Shown here one piece after another: positions 61,419 to 64,000 of a DNA stretch of 64,000 bases; the first letter of the stretch is position 1, and every line of letters starts with the position of its first letter. The notes beneath the pieces are model-generated. The model was not told where the DNA came from and ran no database searches. It saw only the letters and a list, made by a program, of their open reading frames with translations. A program made the translations under genes and the position numbers. Origin of the DNA: Heptranchias perlo (taxonomy: Eukaryota). Location of the stretch: the NCBI RefSeq assembly GCF_035084215.1, contig NC_090340.1:2728001-2792000 (forward strand). Reading direction: 5' to 3'.

Positions 61419-64000
61419 TAGAATCATAGAATCATAGAAGTTACAACATGGAAACAGGCCCTTCGGCCCAACATGTCCATGTCGCCCAGTTTATACCACT
61501 AAGCTAGTCCCAATTGCCTGCACTTGGCCCATATCCCTCGATACCCATCTTCCCCATGTAACTGTCCAAATGCTTTTTAAAAGACAAAATTGTACCCGCC
61601 TCTACTACTGCCTCTGGCAGCTCGTTCCAGACACTCACCACCCTTTGAGTGAAAAAATTGCCCCTCTGGATCCTTTTGTATCTCTCCCCTCTCACCTTAA
61701 ATCTGTGCCCCCTCGTTATAGACTCCCCTACCTTTGGGAAAAGATTTTGACTATCGACCTTATCTATGCCCCTCATTATTTTATAGACTTCTATAAGATC
61801 ACCCCTTAACCTCCTACTCTCCAGGGAATAAAGTCCCAGTCTGTCTAACCTCTCCCTGTAAGTCAAACCATCAAGTCCCGGTAGCATCCTAGTAAATCTT
61901 TTCTGCACTCTTTCTAGTTTAATAATATCCTTTCTATAATAGGGTGACCAGAACTGTACACAGTACACCAAGTGTGGCCTCACCAATGCCCTGTACAACT
62001 TCAACAAGACATCCCAACTCCTGCATTCAATGTTCTGACCAATGAAACCAAGCATGCTGAATGCCTTCTTCACCACCCTATCCACCTGTGACTCCACTTT
62101 CAAGGAGCTATGAATCTGTACTCCGAGATCTCTTTGTTCTATAACTCTCCCCAACGCCCTACCATTAACGGAGTAGGTCCTGGCCCGATTCGATCTACCA
62201 AAATGCATCACCTCACATTTATCTAAATTAAACTCCATCTGCCATTCATCGGCCCACTGGCCCAATTTATCAAGATCCCGCTGCAATCCCAGATAACCCT
62301 CCTCACTGTCCACAATGCCACCAATCTTGGTGTCATCCGCAAACTTACTAACCATGCCTCCTAAATTCTCATCCAAATCATTAATATAAATAACAAATAA
62401 CAGCGGACCCAGCACCGATCCCTGAGGCACACCGCTGGAAACAGGCATCCAGTTTGAAAAACAACCCTCGACAACCACCCTCTGTCTTCTGTCGTCAAGC
62501 CAATTTTGTATCCAATTGGCTACCTCACCTTGGATCCCATGAGATTTAACCTTATGTAACAACCTACCATGCGGTACCTTGTCAAATGCTTTGCTGAAGT
62601 CCATGTAGACCACGTCTACTGCACAGCCCTCATCTATCTTCTTGGTTACCCCTTCAAAAAACTCAATCAAATTCGTGAGACATGATTTTCCTCTCACAAA
62701 ACCATGCTGACTGTTCCTAATTAGTCCCTGCCTCTCCAAATGCCTGTAGATTCTATCCCTCAGAATACCCTCTAACAACTTACCCACTACAGATGTCAGG
62801 CTCACTGGTCTGTAGTTCCCAGGCTTTTCCCTGCCGCCCTTCTTAAACAAAGGCACAACATTTGCTACCCTCCAATCTTCAGGCACCTCACCTGTAGCGG
62901 TGGATGATTCAAATATCTCTGCTAGGGGACCCGCAATTTCCTCCCTAACCTCCCATAACGTCCTGGGATACATTTCATCAGGTCCCGGAGATTTATCTAC
63001 CTTGATGCGCGTTAAGACTTCCAGCACCTCCCTCTCTGTAATATGTACACTCCTCAAGACATCACTATTTATTTCCCCAAGTTCCCTAACATCCATGCCT
63101 TTCTCAACCGTAAATACCGATGTGAAATATTCATTCAGGATCTCACCCATCTCTTGTGGTTCCGCACATAGATGACCTTGTTGATCCTTAAGAGGCCCTA
63201 CTCTCTCCCTAGTTACCCTTTTGCCCTTTATGTATTTGTAGAATCTCTTTGGATTCACCTTTGCCTGATCTGCCAAAGCAATCTCATATCCCCTTTTTGC
63301 CCTCCTGATTTCTCTCTTAACTCTACTCCGGCAATCTCTATACTCTTCAAGGGATCCACTTGATCCCAGCTGCCTATGCATGTCATATGCCTCCTTCTTA
63401 TTTTTGACTAGTGCCTCAATCTCCCGAGTCATCCAAGGTTCCCTACTTCTACCAGCCTTGCCCTTCACTTTATAAGGAATGTGCTTACACTGAACCCTGG
63501 TTAACACACTTTTGAAAGCCTCCCACTTACCAGACGTCCCTTTGCCTGCCAACAGACTCTCCCAATCAACTTCTGAAAGTTCCTGTCTAATAGCATCAAA
63601 ATTGGCCTTTCCCCAATTTAGAATTTTAACTTTTGGGCCAGACCTATCCTTCTCCATAGCTATCTTAAAACTAATGGAATTATGATCACTGGTCCCAAAG
63701 TGATCCCTCACTAACACTTCTGTCACCTGCCCTTCCTTATTTCCCAAGAGGAGGTCAAGTTTTGCCCCCTCTCTAGTCGGGCCATCCACATACTGAATGA
63801 GAAATTCCTCCTGAATACACTCAACAAATTTCTCTCCATCCAAGCCCCTAATGCTATGGCTGTCCCAGTCAATGTTGGGAAAGTTAAAGTCCCCTACTAT
63901 TACCACCCTATTTTTCTTGCAGCTGTCTGTAATCTCCTTACATATTTGCTCCTCAATTTCCCGTTGACTATTTGGGGGTCTGTAGTACAATCCTATCAAA
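61419..64000 (-). mobile_element. CR1-clade LINE with long open ORF2, continuing beyond the window
   Basis: Uninterrupted 831-aa frame; short 3' UTR; (ATTCTATG)n tail at 61419-61438. Confidence 0.95.
61504..63999 (-). CDS. CR1 ORF2 (part of APE endonuclease plus reverse transcriptase), 5'-incomplete
   Basis: VGDFN, SDH, QHGF, YMDFSKAFD, GVPQGSVLGP, FADD. Confidence 0.93.
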   Translation of the reverse strand: MIGLYYRPPNSQREIEEQICKEITDSCKKNRVVIVGDFNFPNIDWDSHSIRGLDGEKFVECIQEEFLIQYVDGPTREGAKLDLLLGNKEGQVTEVLVRDHFGTSDHNSISFKIAMEKDRSGPKVKILNWGKANFDAIRQELSEVDWESLLAGKGTSGKWEAFKSVLTRVQCKHIPYKVKGKAGRSREPWMTREIEALVKNKKEAYDMHRQLGSSGSLEEYRDCRSRVKREIRRAKRGYEIALADQAKVNPKRFYKYIKGKRVTRERVGPLKDQQGHLCAEPQEMGEILNEYFTSVFTVEKGMDVRELGEINSDVLRSVHITEREVLEVLTRIKVDKSPGPDEMYPRTLWEVREEIAGPLAEIFESSTATGEVPEDWRVANVVPLFKKGGREKPGNYRPVSLTSVVGKLLEGILRDRIYRHLERQGLIRNSQHGFVRGKSCLTNLIEFFEGVTKKIDEGCAVDVVYMDFSKAFDKVPHGRLLHKVKSHGIQGEVANWIQNWLDDRRQRVVVEGCFSNWMPVSSGVPQGSVLGPLLFVIYINDLDENLGGMVSKFADDTKIGGIVDSEEGYLGLQRDLDKLGQWADEWQMEFNLDKCEVMHFGRSNRARTYSVNGRALGRVIEQRDLGVQIHSSLKVESQVDRVVKKAFSMLGFIGQNIECRSWDVLLKLYRALVRPHLVYCVQFWSPYYRKDIIKLERVQKRFTRMLPGLDGLTYRERLDRLGLYSLESRRLRGDLIEVYKIMRGIDKVDSQNLFPKVGESITRGHRFKVRGERYKRIQRGNFFTQRVVSVWNELPEAVVEAGTILSFKKHLDSYMGKMGIEGYGPSAGNWD

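Overview
Vertebrate genomic DNA, most likely a cartilaginous fish (shark-type DeuSINEs, CR1/L2 LINEs, Harbinger and Penelope elements). The non-repetitive core is a minus-strand tandem cluster of non-rearranging Ig-superfamily receptor genes: leader / germline-joined VJ-type V exon / C1-set exon / TM / cytoplasmic exons (SIRP-, NKp30- or 'VJ-C1'-like). Gene A (2505->728) is intact as far as visible and its membrane/tail exons probably lie left of the window. Gene B (25585->~18472) has an uncharged TM and apparently a short tyrosine-motif-free tail. Gene C (60073->58314) is a recent duplicate of A, inactivated by a nonsense codon and a 1-bp deletion; orphan tyrosine-motif tail exons lie at 40.5-40.9 kb. 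Decayed TM- and ITIM-like exon remnants suggest a birth-and-death paired-receptor family that swaps signalling tails. The rest is transposon-derived: a near-complete 4.1-kb Harbinger (TIRs, CAG TSD, DDE transposase, Myb/SANT gene), several decayed Harbingers and MITEs, a CR1 with a long open ORF2, many LINE fragments, and a short Penelope-type insertion with a minimal hammerhead ribozyme and 12-bp TSD. All calls were made by eye; repeat boundaries are approximate.
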